Source: Tubulanus polymorphus (Eukaryota; Animalia; Nemertea). Taken from it: 64,000 nt of DNA. The DNA lies in the NCBI RefSeq assembly GCF_964204645.1, contig NC_134025.1, positions 14,012,001-14,076,000 of the forward strand, given 5' to 3'. Both the position numbers and the translations under genes were made by a program. Shown in pieces: positions 21,916 through 35,602 of this stretch (within the stretch, counting starts at the first letter, position 1; the number at the start of each line of letters is the position of its first letter). The notes below the pieces were generated by a model. That model saw only the letters and a list, made by a program, of their open reading frames with translations. It had not been told where the DNA came from and made no database searches.

Positions 21916-22161
21916 AAATCCTAATTTAAATAAAATATGATAAAAAAAAACAATAACTTCAACTGCTAGTGAATTCTATTATATTTTTAATATTTTCTTT
22001 TCAAAAAGAGAATACTTTGTATTTTGAATAGATTCAAATAGAAATTCTTTAAATTCAAATAGCTAGTATCAGTAGTCAATACTAGAATTCTTTAACTTTA
22101 ACTATCTAGTATCATTTTATAATACTTATAATATTTTTCTTATTAAATTTCTCTAATATAA

Positions 22162-22770
22162 ATGTCAAAGAAATCTAATAAGAATAATAATGATATTGAA
22201 AAAACATTAGATGATTTAGGTATTAGTGATAATAAGGATATTCCGGTCAAAATTGAAAATAATATTCAAGTTAATAACAATATTGATTATGAATACTATT
22301 TATATTGTAAACACCATCTAGAACTATTGATTGCTGGCGGAAAATCTAAAGAGTTTTTAAATAGAATCATTACTTTTCAAGAATTAGACTCTATGAAACC
22401 CGATAAAGTAATAAAATATCTTAAGATATATGAAGAAGCAAGATTAGCTAGAATAAATGATTCTATTTCAGATGGTATTGTCAAATGTTATTCTAAGTTA
22501 TGTAACCAGTTAATACCAATTGATGATGAAAATAAATTATATAGTGATTTGAAAAATGACTACTTAGTTATGACAGGATTACAAAAATGGGTTGGATATG
22601 CTTCATTTCAATTAGGATCGGTTATGACATTAATTTCTACTGGCGTCATAACATTTTCGAACATCAAACCTATGGAATATAAATCAGGTAAGAACGAAAC
22701 AGATGTACTACAACCAAACGTCGAAACAGAAAATGAATCAGAACAAAAATTAACTAAAATAAATGAGTGA
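22162..22770 (+). CDS. E2 homolog of ORF 129..731
   Basis: Highly similar protein; intact. Confidence 0.8.
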   Translation: MSKKSNKNNNDIEKTLDDLGISDNKDIPVKIENNIQVNNNIDYEYYLYCKHHLELLIAGGKSKEFLNRIITFQELDSMKPDKVIKYLKIYEEARLARINDSISDGIVKCYSKLCNQLIPIDDENKLYSDLKNDYLVMTGLQKWVGYASFQLGSVMTLISTGVITFSNIKPMEYKSGKNETDVLQPNVETENESEQKLTKINE

Positions 22771-23122
22771 TGGAGTTAAGAAAAAGGCTAGATCCGAGAA
22801 ACAAATTAAATGGGCAAGAGAATTAGGTAAAAGATCTTCAGAATTAAAAAAAGCTAAGAAAAAGAAATAAACTGATATAAATGGATCACCTGATATTGAT
22901 TCAAATAATAATCCATCTAATTCTTCTAATGCTGGAAGTAATTATAAATTATATATTACAATTGGATTAGTAACAGTTATTATATTATCCGGTGTAATAT
23001 ATAAATCAAAATTCAAATCTGATGATAAAGATGATTCCAATGACAATAAACCTATTATACCAGAAAATAAGTCAAATCATAAAGTCATTGAAACTAAATC
23101 TAAATTATTATTAATGGATTAA
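22763..23122 (+). pseudogene. E2 homolog of ORF 724..1119
   Basis: TTA>TAA premature stop at ~22868. Confidence 0.8.
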
Positions 23123-23128
23123 AAGAAG

Positions 23129-24201
23129 ATGAAAAAAGAACAATATTTAAGAGATTTATATTATAACCCAGAAAGTGAAGTATCATATTCTAACGTTTCA
23201 GAATTATGGAATAAAATTAAATCTGATAATGAAAATGGTAATATAAAATATAGTGAACTAAGATTATGGTTACAAAATCAACCAACATACCAAATCCATA
23301 AGAAAATGGATAAAACTTATTTAACAAGAAAAGTTATGGTTTCATATATCGATCAACAATGGCAAGCAGATTTAATTGACATAAAGAACTTGAAGAATAC
23401 AACAAAAGATATTTCTGGATATGAAATGTTATAGACATATTCAGTAGATACGCATGGTCAATTCCAATCAAAAATAAAACTGGAATAGAAGTGACAAATG
23501 CTTTTAAATCAATATTTAAAGAAGCTATTCCAGATAAGATACAATTTGATGAAGGTAAGGAATTTTATAACAAACATTTTAAAAAACTATTATCTGATAA
23601 CGATGTAGATTATTTTTCAACACATTCAGATAAAAAAGCATCTATTATAGAAATATTTAATAAAACATTGAAAACTAGAATGTGGAAATACTTTACTGCT
23701 AATGAAACATATAAATATATCGATGTATTAGATGATTTAGTGAAAGGTTATAATAATTCTAAACATTCAAGTATTGGTATGAAACCTATACAAGCTAGAA
23801 AAGAAGATAATTCAGAAATAGTTTGGAATAATTTGTATGGTGTGTTTGTTACACATGATTTCGGTGAACCTAAATTTAAAATAGGACAACACGTAAGAAT
23901 ATCTAAATATAGAAAAACATTTTATAAAGGTTATACTCCTAATTTTACTGAAGAAATATTTAAAATTAAAAAGATAATACTAACTAAACCTTTTGTTTCT
24001 AAATTAGAAGATTTAAAAGATGAAGAAATATTAGGTTATTTCTATGAACAAGAATTATCACTTGTACCAAATCCAGATGAAATAGAATACAAAATATTGA
24101 AAACAAAAACTAAAAAGTATTCTTTGGTGAAATATAAAGGATATGATGACAAGTTTAATGAATGGATTTTATCTAGTAAAATTAAAAGAATAAATGAATA
24201 A
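23129..24201 (+). pseudogene. E2 integrase-chromodomain, frameshifted
   Basis: Frameshift near 23390 splits it into 101- and 236-aa ORFs; small deletions in the chromodomain. Confidence 0.9.
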
Positions 24202-24784
24202 AGATTTATTTATATTCGAACCGCATAATATGTTAGTTACTCGTGTAACCAATTGTGGTAAAACACATTTCATATTAGATTTGTTAGAAACTATTTATAA
24301 GAATCATTTTGATAATAAAATATTATTCTGCCCTACTTATGAAATGAATAAAACATATAATAGAGATATAGTTAAGATGAAAAAGTTTATTATATTAGAT
24401 CCTTAAACAGTAAAAGAAAATTTAGATAATTGTATAAAAACAGCAATTGATACTTATAAAGGGTCAAATACATTATTCATTATAGATGATTGCGCAAATT
24501 TACATGATTCAAAAGTTAGAGAAATTGAGTTATGTTATTTAGCTTTCTCTGGGAGACATTTTGGGATAACAACATGGGTTTTAAATCAAAAATATAATTC
24601 AATTGTTAAAGACTTTAGGGAGAATATAAGATTTCTAGTATTATTCTACAATAAAGATAGAAAATCTATGCAACAATCATTGGAAGAAAATCATGATGAA
24701 TATATGAATAAATTAAAGAATAATAAAGGTTCAAAATTATTACTGAGATTACAATTCCCATATGAATATAGATTTATAAAATAA
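24194..24784 (+). pseudogene. E2 packaging ATPase, disrupted
   Basis: Walker A G>R (RVTNCGKT), stop at 24404, internal deletion near 24690. Confidence 0.88.
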
Positions 24785-24802
24785 CTATTTATAATTTGGA
24801 AT

Positions 24803-25167
24803 ATTATAGAAACTAATTTATATATCTATATACTAGACGTACGATTAAGAAAGTAAGATTCTTACCAAGAAAGTAAGATTCTTAGATTCTTACGTACGTC
24901 TAGTATATAGATATATAAATTATTAAATGAATTATATAAAAATGAATAAATTATATGTTTTCTCTTAATAATAATAAAAATAGATTATATTATAACTATT
25001 TCTATATTAGATTAATAATTTTATGTTTTTAATTTTTATGCAAACTATTATATATATATATCTACGTACTAGACGTACGAGTAAGAAAGTAAGATTTCTT
25101 GGATTCTTGGATTCTTGGATTCTTACTCGTACGTCTAGTATATAGTTATATAAATTAGTTTTATAAT
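24803..25167. repeat. ~365-bp inverted-repeat cassette with two internal hairpins and GATTCTT iterons
   Basis: TACTAGACGTACG...CGTACGTCTAGTA occurs twice; outer arms ATTATAGAAACTAATTTATATA / TATATAAATTAGTTTTATAAT. Confidence 0.85.
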
Positions 25168-25169
25168 AA

Positions 25170-26196
25170 TTATTCTAATTTTGTTTCTAATATATTTATG
25201 AAATCATCTCTGTTTATATCTAATTCACCAAAAGTCTTAGGTAGATTTATTAATTTTGATTGATCCATCTTAACATAATTATTAGTAGGTAAATTAGCTT
25301 TTTCTCTTAATTTTTCTAAGTATTCATCAAAATCATCATAATCAAAATCAAAATGATGTCCAAAATTATTTATCAGATAACTTAAATCTATTTTTCTAAA
25401 ATATAATAATTTATATATTTGTTTAGGATTATCTTCTGCATAAGCTAATAATTTATCAAATAACAACTTATAGAATATATTATATTGGTTAGTTTTAGGA
25501 TTCAGATATTTGATATATTTATTTGGGTTATTTAACAATGGTATCATACTCACCTTTTTATAAACATTAATTAGATGTAATTTTGATTTATAATGAACAT
25601 TTTCATCAACAGGTTCAATTTTCTTATTACAATATTGGCACATTTTATTTCTTTCTATTTCTTCTAATTTCTTTTCATGTTCTTCTAACTTCCTTTCATT
25701 TTCGATATGCGCTGGTATCATTTGTTTCAATTGTATTAACATTATCTATGATATTATCTATTATATTATTATCAGATATATTATTATCATTATTATTCTT
25801 TTCTTTTTCTATATGTTTATTTGATTTCTTATGTGATGCCCAATTTTTATATGATATATATTTCTTACATACATCACAATATTTTTCATTTGTCTTTTTG
25901 GTTTTGATATCAGGTTCAATCTTATCATTATTTCATGTAGAAGGTATTACATTATTAGATGTAGAAGGTATTACATTATTAGATGTAGAAGGTATTACAT
26001 TATTATCAATTACATTACTTAAATTATCAGCAACACCACTTTTATTATTATCGAATTCTATTAGTTTAGTTTTATAAATTTTGAAAATAGGATCAAATAT
26101 CAAAGCTATATTACAAAGTATTACATAATATAAACCATCATTATTTTCATGTGTATCGATGTATGGAATATGTTTATATACTTTACCTCCTTCCAT
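25170..26196 (-). pseudogene. E2 variable zinc-finger protein, disrupted
   Basis: MEGG start and NNVIPSTS repeats as in the E1 3226..4287 ORF; in-frame TGA at 25933, then CDVC..H..H, a frameshift, then CQYC..H..H; C-terminus not recognisably similar to E1. Confidence 0.7.
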
Positions 26197-26228
26197 TTAT
26201 TATATAAATTTTTATTAAAGTTAAAATT

Positions 26229-29200
26229 TTAATACATAACACTATTCAATCGGTTCCTGAACTTCGCTGAAAAAGCTGAATCACTGAAACGCTGAAACGC
26301 TGAAATAAAAACGCTGAAATTTCAGGGAATTTCCGAAAAACGCTGAAATTTCAGGGAATTCCCGAAAAACGCTGAAATCGTGCTAGGTACCAACAATACA
26401 CGTTTTGAAATATTTTCCGGGCCGGTGTCCGCTGCCGAGTCCTGAACCGTGTTTTAGTCTCTACCTTCGGTTACAGAGACATGCATGGACAGTATGTGTG
26501 GAGTATATTTCTAGAGGGCCACTTGTTGGACAAATTAATTCGCTTGAAATCCGGATTTTTAATGCATACAGGCAGCATAATTAGGAAAACCCATTCACAA
26601 ACCGTGCAAGCCAACTTAAACACTATGCTCAATATTCCCTGCAAGACGCAAAATATCTTATTTGAACGTTCATGTATAAAACATGCAGCAACTTTTCTTT
26701 TGTCAACACGTTGATGGGCGACGGACTATGTCACTATGGTATTCTGTGAAGGAGGTAAATTAAATTTGACAGCTAGTTATATAAATGATGCAGCTTTTGG
26801 ACAAAAGGGATCTAACTAAATTTCTTTTTAATTCACTGTGGAATGGAATGGAATGGATTGACGCCAATGGCATGCAGTAGGCCCCTACGTATGGGTCATA
26901 CTGATTAGCGTCAACCAATTAATCTAAATCGGGCTAACCATTCAACAACTGTGAATAATTTATTTGCTGTGGCGTGATAATATTTAGTTTTTTTGAAGAA
27001 ATGACATACCAACTGTTAGAAAAATGTACCGATTCTTATTTTTAGACTACTACTGAATCTATAAAAGGAGGAGTCATAGACAAAGTTGATTTGCTTAGCT
27101 GGTGACACTTCTTGTCAAGTACATCATCTCAAGTACTGGGTGTTTTGTAAGTTTAATTTCAGTATTTATTTACTAAGTGCTGTTCTCTCGGACCTCAGTG
27201 CTTTCAAACTAGGCCCACCCCATAGGCTATATAGTCCAGGGTGCATTAGCCACTATTCTTTTTTATCCGACTAAAATGCACCTTTTTCTATTTTTAGATT
27301 CAGGCTTAGAATGTGCAAATTTTTTGAGATACTGAGAAATCAGATGGCACCAGTAAACTTCAACTGCGAAATTTGCAGCAGGATAGCTGAACGACACAAT
27401 TTTTAAAAATAAAATGGCTATTCGAATGCTATTTCAATAATAACTTGATTCAACCTGAGAGAAATAAGTCAATTGCGGATGTACAGTACACCCACTTTTC
27501 TTCCCTGTTTCCTGGTACCAAATTTTTAGTCTTAAGCTAAGCGATATTCTAAGGTATACTAGTGGATTTCATTAGAATATGAAGCAATGGAACCAGAATT
27601 CTAGCCAGAGTTAAGCGAACTATTGATTCTGATATAATGTAAGAACTGATTTCCTTTGTATACTCTTGCAGAATGTGTTATGTTTTATTTCAAGCTGTTA
27701 AATAATATAGTTAGACAAATGTCCAATTATTGGATCTTTCTTGTTGACTCGTTTAATTTTGTGAGTTAAGAGTTCCAGTGAATCCACAATGTGCAGTGCC
27801 TAGCCTTCATCTACACTAAAGCCAAGCCTGTGTATGGGAAAAAAATATCGTTCGACTCCTATAGGCCAGACACATCAAAGCATGCAATACATTGCAGATA
27901 GTAGTCTCCGGCAAGTCGAAAGAGAAAGTGAACCACCTACCCGGGAACAAAGACACTTAAAGATTCCTTCCTCCTTGTAGAAATTGTAGAAATATGGCAC
28001 CCAATTGTAGCAATGCTAAGTACAGTATACTATGACGGTTGAACCTTTCTTAACGAATTTCAATGACACCGAAAATAGAATCAAAATAATCATTAGTTCC
28101 ATGCTAGCACTTAATTTGGGTTATCAGGTTCAGCCTAACTGTACTTTCATTCAGCTACTACTTGTATGAGACTTGGCAATGATAAGTTGCAAGAAATCAC
28201 CAAACATAAGAAAAAATATTGTGAATTAATATTACTGTGATTAAGAATTTATTCAAATGAAGTGATAACTTCATTGTTAGATCGTACCGGTATATGCACA
28301 TAAAACTATGGCAAAAAATACATCTAACAATCCACGCAATCCGCAATCGATCAAGTCGATCATGACGTCGACCTTAAGGCATGTCTCTGTAACCGAAGGT
28401 AGAGCATAAAACACGGTTCAGGACTCGTCAGCGGACACTGGCCCGGAAAAAATTTCAAAACGTGTATTGTCGGTACCTAGCACGATTTCAGCGTTTTTCG
28501 GGAATTCCCTGAAATTTCGGCGTTTTTCGGAAATTCCCTGAAATTTCAGCGTTTTTATTTCAGCGTTTCAGCTTTTCAGTGTTTCAGCTTTTTCAGCGAA
28601 GTTCAGGAACCGCTATTCAATTGAGAATTCACAATATTTAATTGCGCGTCAGATATAATATAAATGTGCATTTTAAAATTTTTGATTCCTTTATTCTTTG
28701 TCATGAATAATTGTATTCCATCTTTAGTGTTTTGTAATTTTTTCCAGAACCATGTAATGAATTATCCTCTGTTGTTCTAAAATCTAACCATAATGCATAT
28801 TTATTACCGGTATAATAATCAATTTGATTAATGTTACAATTTTCAGATGATTTCACTTTTTCATTCATAAAATGTTTTCTAATTTCTGGCCATTGATCAA
28901 TCATTCTCATTCCTTGACAAAATATTTTATTTGCTATTCCTTCGATAGTTATTTCTACTTTTGTTATTTCAGGATTATAATAATTATCAACATTTATTGC
29001 GCCATTAGTATATGTTGCAATGGTAAAAAATATTGATATGCCTTTAATAGATCTTCTTGGGAAGTTAATATTCTCATTAATTATTTCATCATTTGCATTA
29101 ATAGTTACAGTTTTAAATTTATCAATATAATCATATAATAATGAAAATCCTTGATTGTATTGAGTTTGAATTATACTTGAAATATTTTCATCAGTTACTG

Positions 29201-29846
29201 TATCATATTCTAAACATATATTGGATAATTTATAACTCATATCTTTATTAACGCTAGATATTACGATTTCATTAACAGGAGCAAATGTTATTTCGAATAT
29301 AACATCTTCTTGAATTGCGTATTTATATAAAGGCGCATTATTATTTATCAATTCAAAGTCTAATGGAATTTTATATTTGCTTTCATATATACTTTTTATC
29401 AATTTATCTATAGCATTAGTTAATATTGCATTATGCACTTCTGATCTTAATTTATTTTGGTTTTCTGATTGGATTCCTTGAAATATCATATTATTTCTAT
29501 TTTCTTTTGTTAACCATAAATCTTTATAATGCATAAATAAATTATAATCATCTAATGAGAAAACTGTTTCTGGACCAATCTTTATAGTTAATTTTTTAAT
29601 CAAATATCTTCCAACATTATCAACAACATAATTATTATTATTACCGATTACTTTTATATCGGCTGATAAATAAATGCTATTTGGAACATAAAAAGTATTT
29701 TGTGTTAATCGAGGAATTCTAACATATAAAGTTTCATCGGGATTAATATTAGAAGGGTTATGAGTAATTATATGATGTGATCTTTCTGCTTTAATAGCAT
29801 TAGATATTCTATGATTCTTAGAAGGATTGATATAACTCCCACTCAT
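26229..29846 (-). pseudogene. E2 major capsid protein, frameshifted and split by a DNA transposon
   Basis: 1-nt loss near 28745; last codons (LNSVMY*) resume at 26250..26229. Confidence 0.85.
26251..28612. mobile_element. Non-autonomous MULE/Foldback-like DNA transposon
   Basis: 234-bp TIRs (26251-26484; 28379-28612) with CGCTGAAA subrepeats; 9-bp TSD CTATTCAAT; no transposase ORF. Confidence 0.9.
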
Positions 29847-29886
29847 TTATTGAACAAAAAAATTAATTATTTATTTTTGATCATGT

Positions 29887-31617
29887 TTACTTGATATTTT
29901 TTGATATCATTTTCACTAATCCAAAAATAATAGCACTTACAACTGTAATTAAAAATAAAATAATATGTTCAGCAGCAAAGTTAAGAATATTCCCAGCAGA
30001 TTTCAATATAAAACCAACAATTGATGCAATAATTCCTGGAAAAGCTGCAGCAGACTTTTTAGATAGCTCCCATAAATATTTTTCTAATTTCTTTAAACCA
30101 TCCTTAACTTTATCTTGTATAGAATTATTATCTGGGGGTTTATCCGGTTTATTGGGAGCAGGAGTAGATTTCAGTGAATTTGATATAGCTAAACCAATTG
30201 TTGTAAATAACATAGTTACAGCTGTTAGAATTGAAAGAATTGTTATACCTTCTAACTTAAATAATAATTTTATTCTATCTTTCAATGATATTTTAGAATC
30301 TGGTTTTATCAACAAATCTTTAAAAATAACTTTTAATTTTTTAATATGATTAAGATCATATGATTTTAATAATGTATCTCTTTCTTTTTCCTGAAATTCT
30401 TTGTTATATTTTAAATCATCTATTTCTTTTTCTAAAGCTAACTTTCTGCTTTCATAATCAGCTTCCTCTATTACTTGAAGATTTTTATTAAATTCTAATT
30501 GTTTTAATTCTTCATTTGCATTAGCTAATTCTTTTTCTAACATGGTTATTTTAGAAAATCTCATCTTAATATTAGCAATTTCACCAGCTGATATTTGTAC
30601 ACCTTTAATTTCTCTACGTGCTTTTTCAGGAAATGGTTTTAATTCTTCATCAGTTAAATCAAGTAATCCTTTTTCTAGTAAAGATTGTATTTGATTTATT
30701 CCAGTTTCAGCACCAGATGTATCTGATATACTATTCATCTCTTCTTCTGAATCTCTTAATCTATCAATTTGTTTTTCTAATGTTAATTGTAATTGACTTG
30801 AATCATTATCAATTGGGTGAGTGTCTCTTCTCGATGTTTCTGGTGTTGAAGTTCTTAATTTATCTAATCGATTTGCAAAATCTTCATCAGTTTCTGGATC
30901 AACATCAGTAGGAGTTGGATTTGGATTTTTAAATGGTGAATATTTGTTTATATCAATATTAGGAATTGGTTCTTCTTTATTTATTCTATCGAGTGCATTC
31001 CATATAATTCTGAGAAATTCTCTACCACCTTTTGAACCTTCAATTGTAGATAATGCTCGCATTCCAGGTTCAAAAATATTTTCTTGACCCATTCTAGATA
31101 ATTGAATTGTTACAATATTCCTATTTAATTCAAGATTATAATACCATGAATCATTTTTAAATTCTAAATTATTCATGAAAAATGGGTCATCTTTTAAAAT
31201 TTGTTCTACAACACCTTCTGAATCAATTTCATCTATTACAACTTTTGGTAATAATTCGTTAACAATTGTATCTGTTACTCTAGATTTCATTCTATATAAT
31301 TCCATAGGTTTATCAGGATATTTTTCTTGTTGTTTTTCTAATAGTTTCATAAATTCTTTTCTTTCTGTTCTAGTTGAAATTCTACCACTTTCAGGAGCTT
31401 TTAAATATTTAATTAATTTTTCACGTAATTCGGAATTAATTCCATCATAATCATCATCATCAAAATCATCATCTTCATCATTATTTTAATTATTGTTATA
31501 TGCTGTTTTATTATCATCATTAAAACTTGCTTCATCAAAATCAGGTGGTTGTTCATCAGTTATGCCAGGTTCATCTAAAGTATCCATTGGAAAATCTTCT
31601 CCGCCTTTTACATCCAT
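29887..31617 (-). pseudogene. E2 coiled-coil/TM protein with a different central region
   Basis: Start MDVKGGED at 31617, premature TAA ~31487, 487-aa remainder; C-terminus matches E1. Confidence 0.78.
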
Positions 31618-31632
31618 TTACATAATAGAAAA

Positions 31633-32958
31633 TTAAAATTTAAAATATAATATTCCTCCGATTACAATTCCTATACAAGTTATAGCTAATTTAGTATTTT
31701 CATGGGAATTATTATCATCATTTAGTTTAATTATTTCATGTTGAATATTATCAGTTTTAATATTTTCTGATATATTGTAATCTTTTATTTTAGAATCATT
31801 ATTTAATTTAATATTCTTAGTTTTAGTTTCTGTTGATTGAATATGTTTTTTATTTTTTTCGCCTTCCATTAATTTTGGAGCAGTAATTATCTTTTTATTT
31901 ATATCATTTAATCCAAATGAATTATTTATTGTTGCAGTTTTAATTAAGATTATTGTAACCAATTATATTTCCCATCTTTAATACTAAATCATTAGAAATA
32001 ATTAATAGATTAGGGCCTATACAATAATTTAATCTAATATGTGATTTATCTAAATAATTTGATATCTTACAATGTTTTCTTGAATAGATCTATTTCTATC
32101 ATTATGAATGGAATCCTCGAATAAAACTTTGAATTGTTTCTGCGCATCGAATGAAGTGTTATCATTTCCAACTATTGGTGATCTTGTTTCAACTTGTGCA
32201 CCTAAAATACATATCAAATAAGTTCTAATAGATTGATTTATTCTTTGTATACCAGCTTTAGTAAAACCTTCACTATTTTCTAAAATGAAATAAACCCAAC
32301 CATTATTATTTTGTTGTTGTATATTATTATAATATTTTGGTAATTCATTCCAATTTAGTGTTCTTATATCTGAATTTGTCATTATTTTTCCAAATTCTTT
32401 AGTATATAATATTCCTAATCCACCCATTGTTCGAATTTTTGCTCTAAAATCTTTATTTGAATTAATATTGAATTCATTACATATTTTATAAAACTTAGAA
32501 AAATTAATATTATTATTCAATTCTTTAAAATATTTTGAACCTGGTAAAGGACATTCTAATTCATCTAATATTAATTTTATTTGAAAATATGTATGAAATC
32601 TAAAAAGTGATAACATCAATGGTAAACTTGGTTTATTTAAATGATCATTCCAACTAATTCCACATCCTGTTGTTGCACAATAAACAGCAAAATTTAATTG
32701 GTTCTGCCAATACTTCATATTAGATTTTAATAACCATTGTTTTGCCTCATTTAAATTTTTAAAATCAATTGTATACACATGAAATATATTTTCCATCTTT
32801 ACATGAAAATTATTACTTTCAGTAACATAAATATATAAATCAATTAATGAATTTAAAACTTCATTTCTATATGAAATATCTTTATTAAAATCTATTGCTG
32901 GAATATTATATTTAATTGATTTATTATATTGGAAAGCTTTTGGAAAACTATCTGCCAT
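31633..32958 (-). pseudogene. E2 homolog of the 462-aa protein, frameshifted
   Basis: Split into 302- and 109-aa ORFs. Confidence 0.8.
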
Positions 32959-32974
32959 TTATATAATTAAATAA

Positions 32975-33400
32975 TTAATAATTTATTAATTCTTTTAATA
33001 ATTTATCTTGTTCTTCAACTGTTATATGACCATTTAAACTTATTATATAATCTAGTGTGTTCTTTAATTTATTAATTTCTTTTATTTTAGTTTTAATTTT
33101 TTCTTTATTACTTTTTATATTTAATTTTGAACTTATACCGGTTAAAACACTTGAACTTAATCCTAGTACGCCAATTGATATAGCTAAAGGTGTTAATGGA
33201 CTGAATATTGCTAGAAATGTTATTACAGAACTAATTGTAACCGAACCACTGATAATAAGATAATATATAATTTTACTTTTTAAATATTTTTTCTTTTTTA
33301 TCTTTAAGTCACTTTCAAATTCTAATATTTGTTTTTCTAAATATGTTTTTAATTTAGTTTTATTTATATCATGAGGAATAATATCAATATTATCATCCAT
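32975..33400 (-). CDS. E2 two-TM protein
   Basis: Homolog of 8177..8611. Confidence 0.75.
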   Translation of the reverse strand: MDDNIDIIPHDINKTKLKTYLEKQILEFESDLKIKKKKYLKSKIIYYLIISGSVTISSVITFLAIFSPLTPLAISIGVLGLSSSVLTGISSKLNIKSNKEKIKTKIKEINKLKNTLDYIISLNGHITVEEQDKLLKELINY

Positions 33401-33420
33401 GTATTTAGCAAAAAAAATTA

Positions 33421-33843
33421 CTAATTAGTAAACTTATAAGCAACAAATATAACAATAACTGTTCCGCCTAAAATCCAAATTATTTCATATTTCTGTTGTT
33501 CTTTACTTGGGGTATAATAATCTGATAATTTAGGTTTGTATAGATGTAATTTTTCTTTATTGGTTACCGCGTTATATAAACTCATTGCATCATCAACTGA
33601 TTGAAAATCTCTATGTGAAATCTTCTGATCATATAATTCCTTGTTAATATAATCCATATAGTTTTGTCTCTTTTCTCTATATTCTTCTGCTGCTTTATTG
33701 TATTTCTCTAATGCTAAGTTATGTCTTTTTTGTTCTGTTAATGAACCATTTTTATCAATATGTTTAAATAAATAACCACCACCAGTAAATGCTAAAGCGT
33801 TAACGATTGCCGATCCTATAATAGTTATAACTGCAGAAGCCAT
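33421..33843 (-). CDS. E2 140-aa membrane protein
   Basis: Homolog of 8631..9053. Confidence 0.78.
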   Translation of the reverse strand: MASAVITIIGSAIVNALAFTGGGYLFKHIDKNGSLTEQKRHNLALEKYNKAAEEYREKRQNYMDYINKELYDQKISHRDFQSVDDAMSLYNAVTNKEKLHLYKPKLSDYYTPSKEQQKYEIIWILGGTVIVIFVAYKFTN

Positions 33844-33867
33844 TTATTTAATAAAATAATTATGTAT

Positions 33868-34089
33868 TTATATGGGAGGAATATATTTTTGTTTTTCTAA
33901 ATAATCAATAGTTAAATTAGATAAAGTAACTGCTAATATTAATTTTAAAATATCATTGATATCAAATCTATCAACAATAACACTTCCCATTTTAGATACT
34001 TTTTTTAATACCATTGAATAACCAACAGTTCCAACTGATAGTAATGCTCCATTATATAATCCAGTTATTATCCACTTATTATCACTCAT
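33868..34089 (-). CDS. E2 73-aa hydrophobic protein
   Basis: Homolog of 9079..9300. Confidence 0.7.
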   Translation of the reverse strand: MSDNKWIITGLYNGALLSVGTVGYSMVLKKVSKMGSVIVDRFDINDILKLILAVTLSNLTIDYLEKQKYIPPI

Positions 34090-34096
34090 TTATTTA

Positions 34097-34432
34097 TCAA
34101 AAAAAATTACTATCATCAAAATATTTAGTTAACTTATTTATGATTAATTCAACATTTATTTCATTACTACTTTTATGATTATCATATATTTTGGTTAATA
34201 TGTTTTTAATATCATGAATAATTCCATCTTCATTTAATTCATAATATTCTAAAGGTGATTTAATTAAATCAATTACTTTTTCTATATTATAATTTTCTTT
34301 ATTAATCATTGATGCATTGTTAAATGATTTACTTTTTATATCAGTAATTACATCATTTAGTTTAATTCTCATTTCTTTACCATGTTTAAAATCAAACCCA
34401 AAACATATACTCAGTCCAACAGTTATATTCAT
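34097..34432 (-). CDS. E2 hypothetical protein
   Basis: Homolog of 9301..9642. Confidence 0.7.
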   Translation of the reverse strand: MNITVGLSICFGFDFKHGKEMRIKLNDVITDIKSKSFNNASMINKENYNIEKVIDLIKSPLEYYELNEDGIIHDIKNILTKIYDNHKSSNEINVELIINKLTKYFDDSNFF

Positions 34433-34449
34433 TTATATAGTGAAAAAAA

Positions 34450-35202
34450 TTACTCTCTACATCTTATAACTAATTCATAAATTACAGGGAAATTATTTAA
34501 ATCAATTAAGTATCCATTGTGATTTCTAATCTAAAATTATTAAAACGAGGAATGCATGGTTTGAAATCACATTCTGTTAAATTATAATTTATTTGCGTTC
34601 CAAATTCTTTAACATATCTTCAATGGTAAAATGTTTAGTAAACCAGAATTACAAGTTATATCTTAAGTTGCTTCGAAAGTTTTTGTAGGCTCGATTAAAT
34701 TGCAATAAATATAAAAGTGTGTAAAAGGTATTAAGTTTGGTGTAATGTCAACATTTGAATAAAGTTTATCTAGATTAATTCCTAACAGTTTAGCCATAGG
34801 TTTTTTAACTAAAAATTTATGTTGTTCATCTTTATCTAACTTTATTCTTACTTTATTATTGATATCACTTTTTAAAAATTTAATTACAAATCCAGCAGCC
34901 GCGCCCATTTTTGCCCTAGCTCTTCTATTAATTTCTTGCGCTAATGTTTCTAAATTATATAATCCTGGTCTTATAAATATATGATACCATTTATCGGCAT
35001 TTCTATCAAAAATCATAAACAATCTATGTTCAATAGATTTATCCGATATATTATAAAAAGAATTACATAAACTTATATTAACTAATTTTAAATCAACACA
35101 ATTCTTGAATTCTCTATCTAATTGTACTAGTAAATTATGTGATTTATAATTTGCAAGCCTTCTAGAATCAACAAATATTCTGTATTCTTTTAATTCTACC
35201 AT
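34450..35202 (-). pseudogene. E2 minor capsid (penton), disrupted
   Basis: Stop at 34663; remainder homologous to E1. Confidence 0.7.
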
Positions 35203-35219
35203 TTATTTTACATATTTTC

Positions 35220-35573
35220 TTACTCGAAATCTATTTCATGGTGCCCTTTTTCATTCTTACCTTTGTATACGAAATAGAAATCTCCAGAACATAATTCTTC
35301 TTAGTCTTCACTTGATAATCTATGAAATCTATCTGGTAAATATGTTCTGAATTTATATGTATTTCCTTTTAGTCCTTCATATTCTAAGTGTATAACTAAT
35401 TTATCTCCATATTTGTAAGTAACTGTATCAATATTTGTAATTAGATATTTCTTATGGATTATTAATTCTTTTAACTTCTTAAATTTATAATCTACTGATT
35501 TGACATTTGAAGTATCTTTTATTCTATGTAGAAATGATTTGTTGTTCTCACTGTGCGCTTGTTTACTCTCCAT
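35220..35573 (-). pseudogene. E2 putative ssDNA-binding protein, premature stop
   Basis: Homolog of 10436..10777 with stop at 35301. Confidence 0.65.
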
Positions 35574-35602
35574 TTATAATACATATTTTTATTAAAATTT
35601 GA

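Noticed and set aside
26481-27274. Transposase ORFs inside the MULE-like element
   Set aside because: Short, no DDE or zinc motifs
28701-28750. Programmed frameshifting in E2/E3 genes
   Set aside because: Shifts are copy-specific and E1 homologs are uninterrupted; decay or homopolymer sequencing error is more likely
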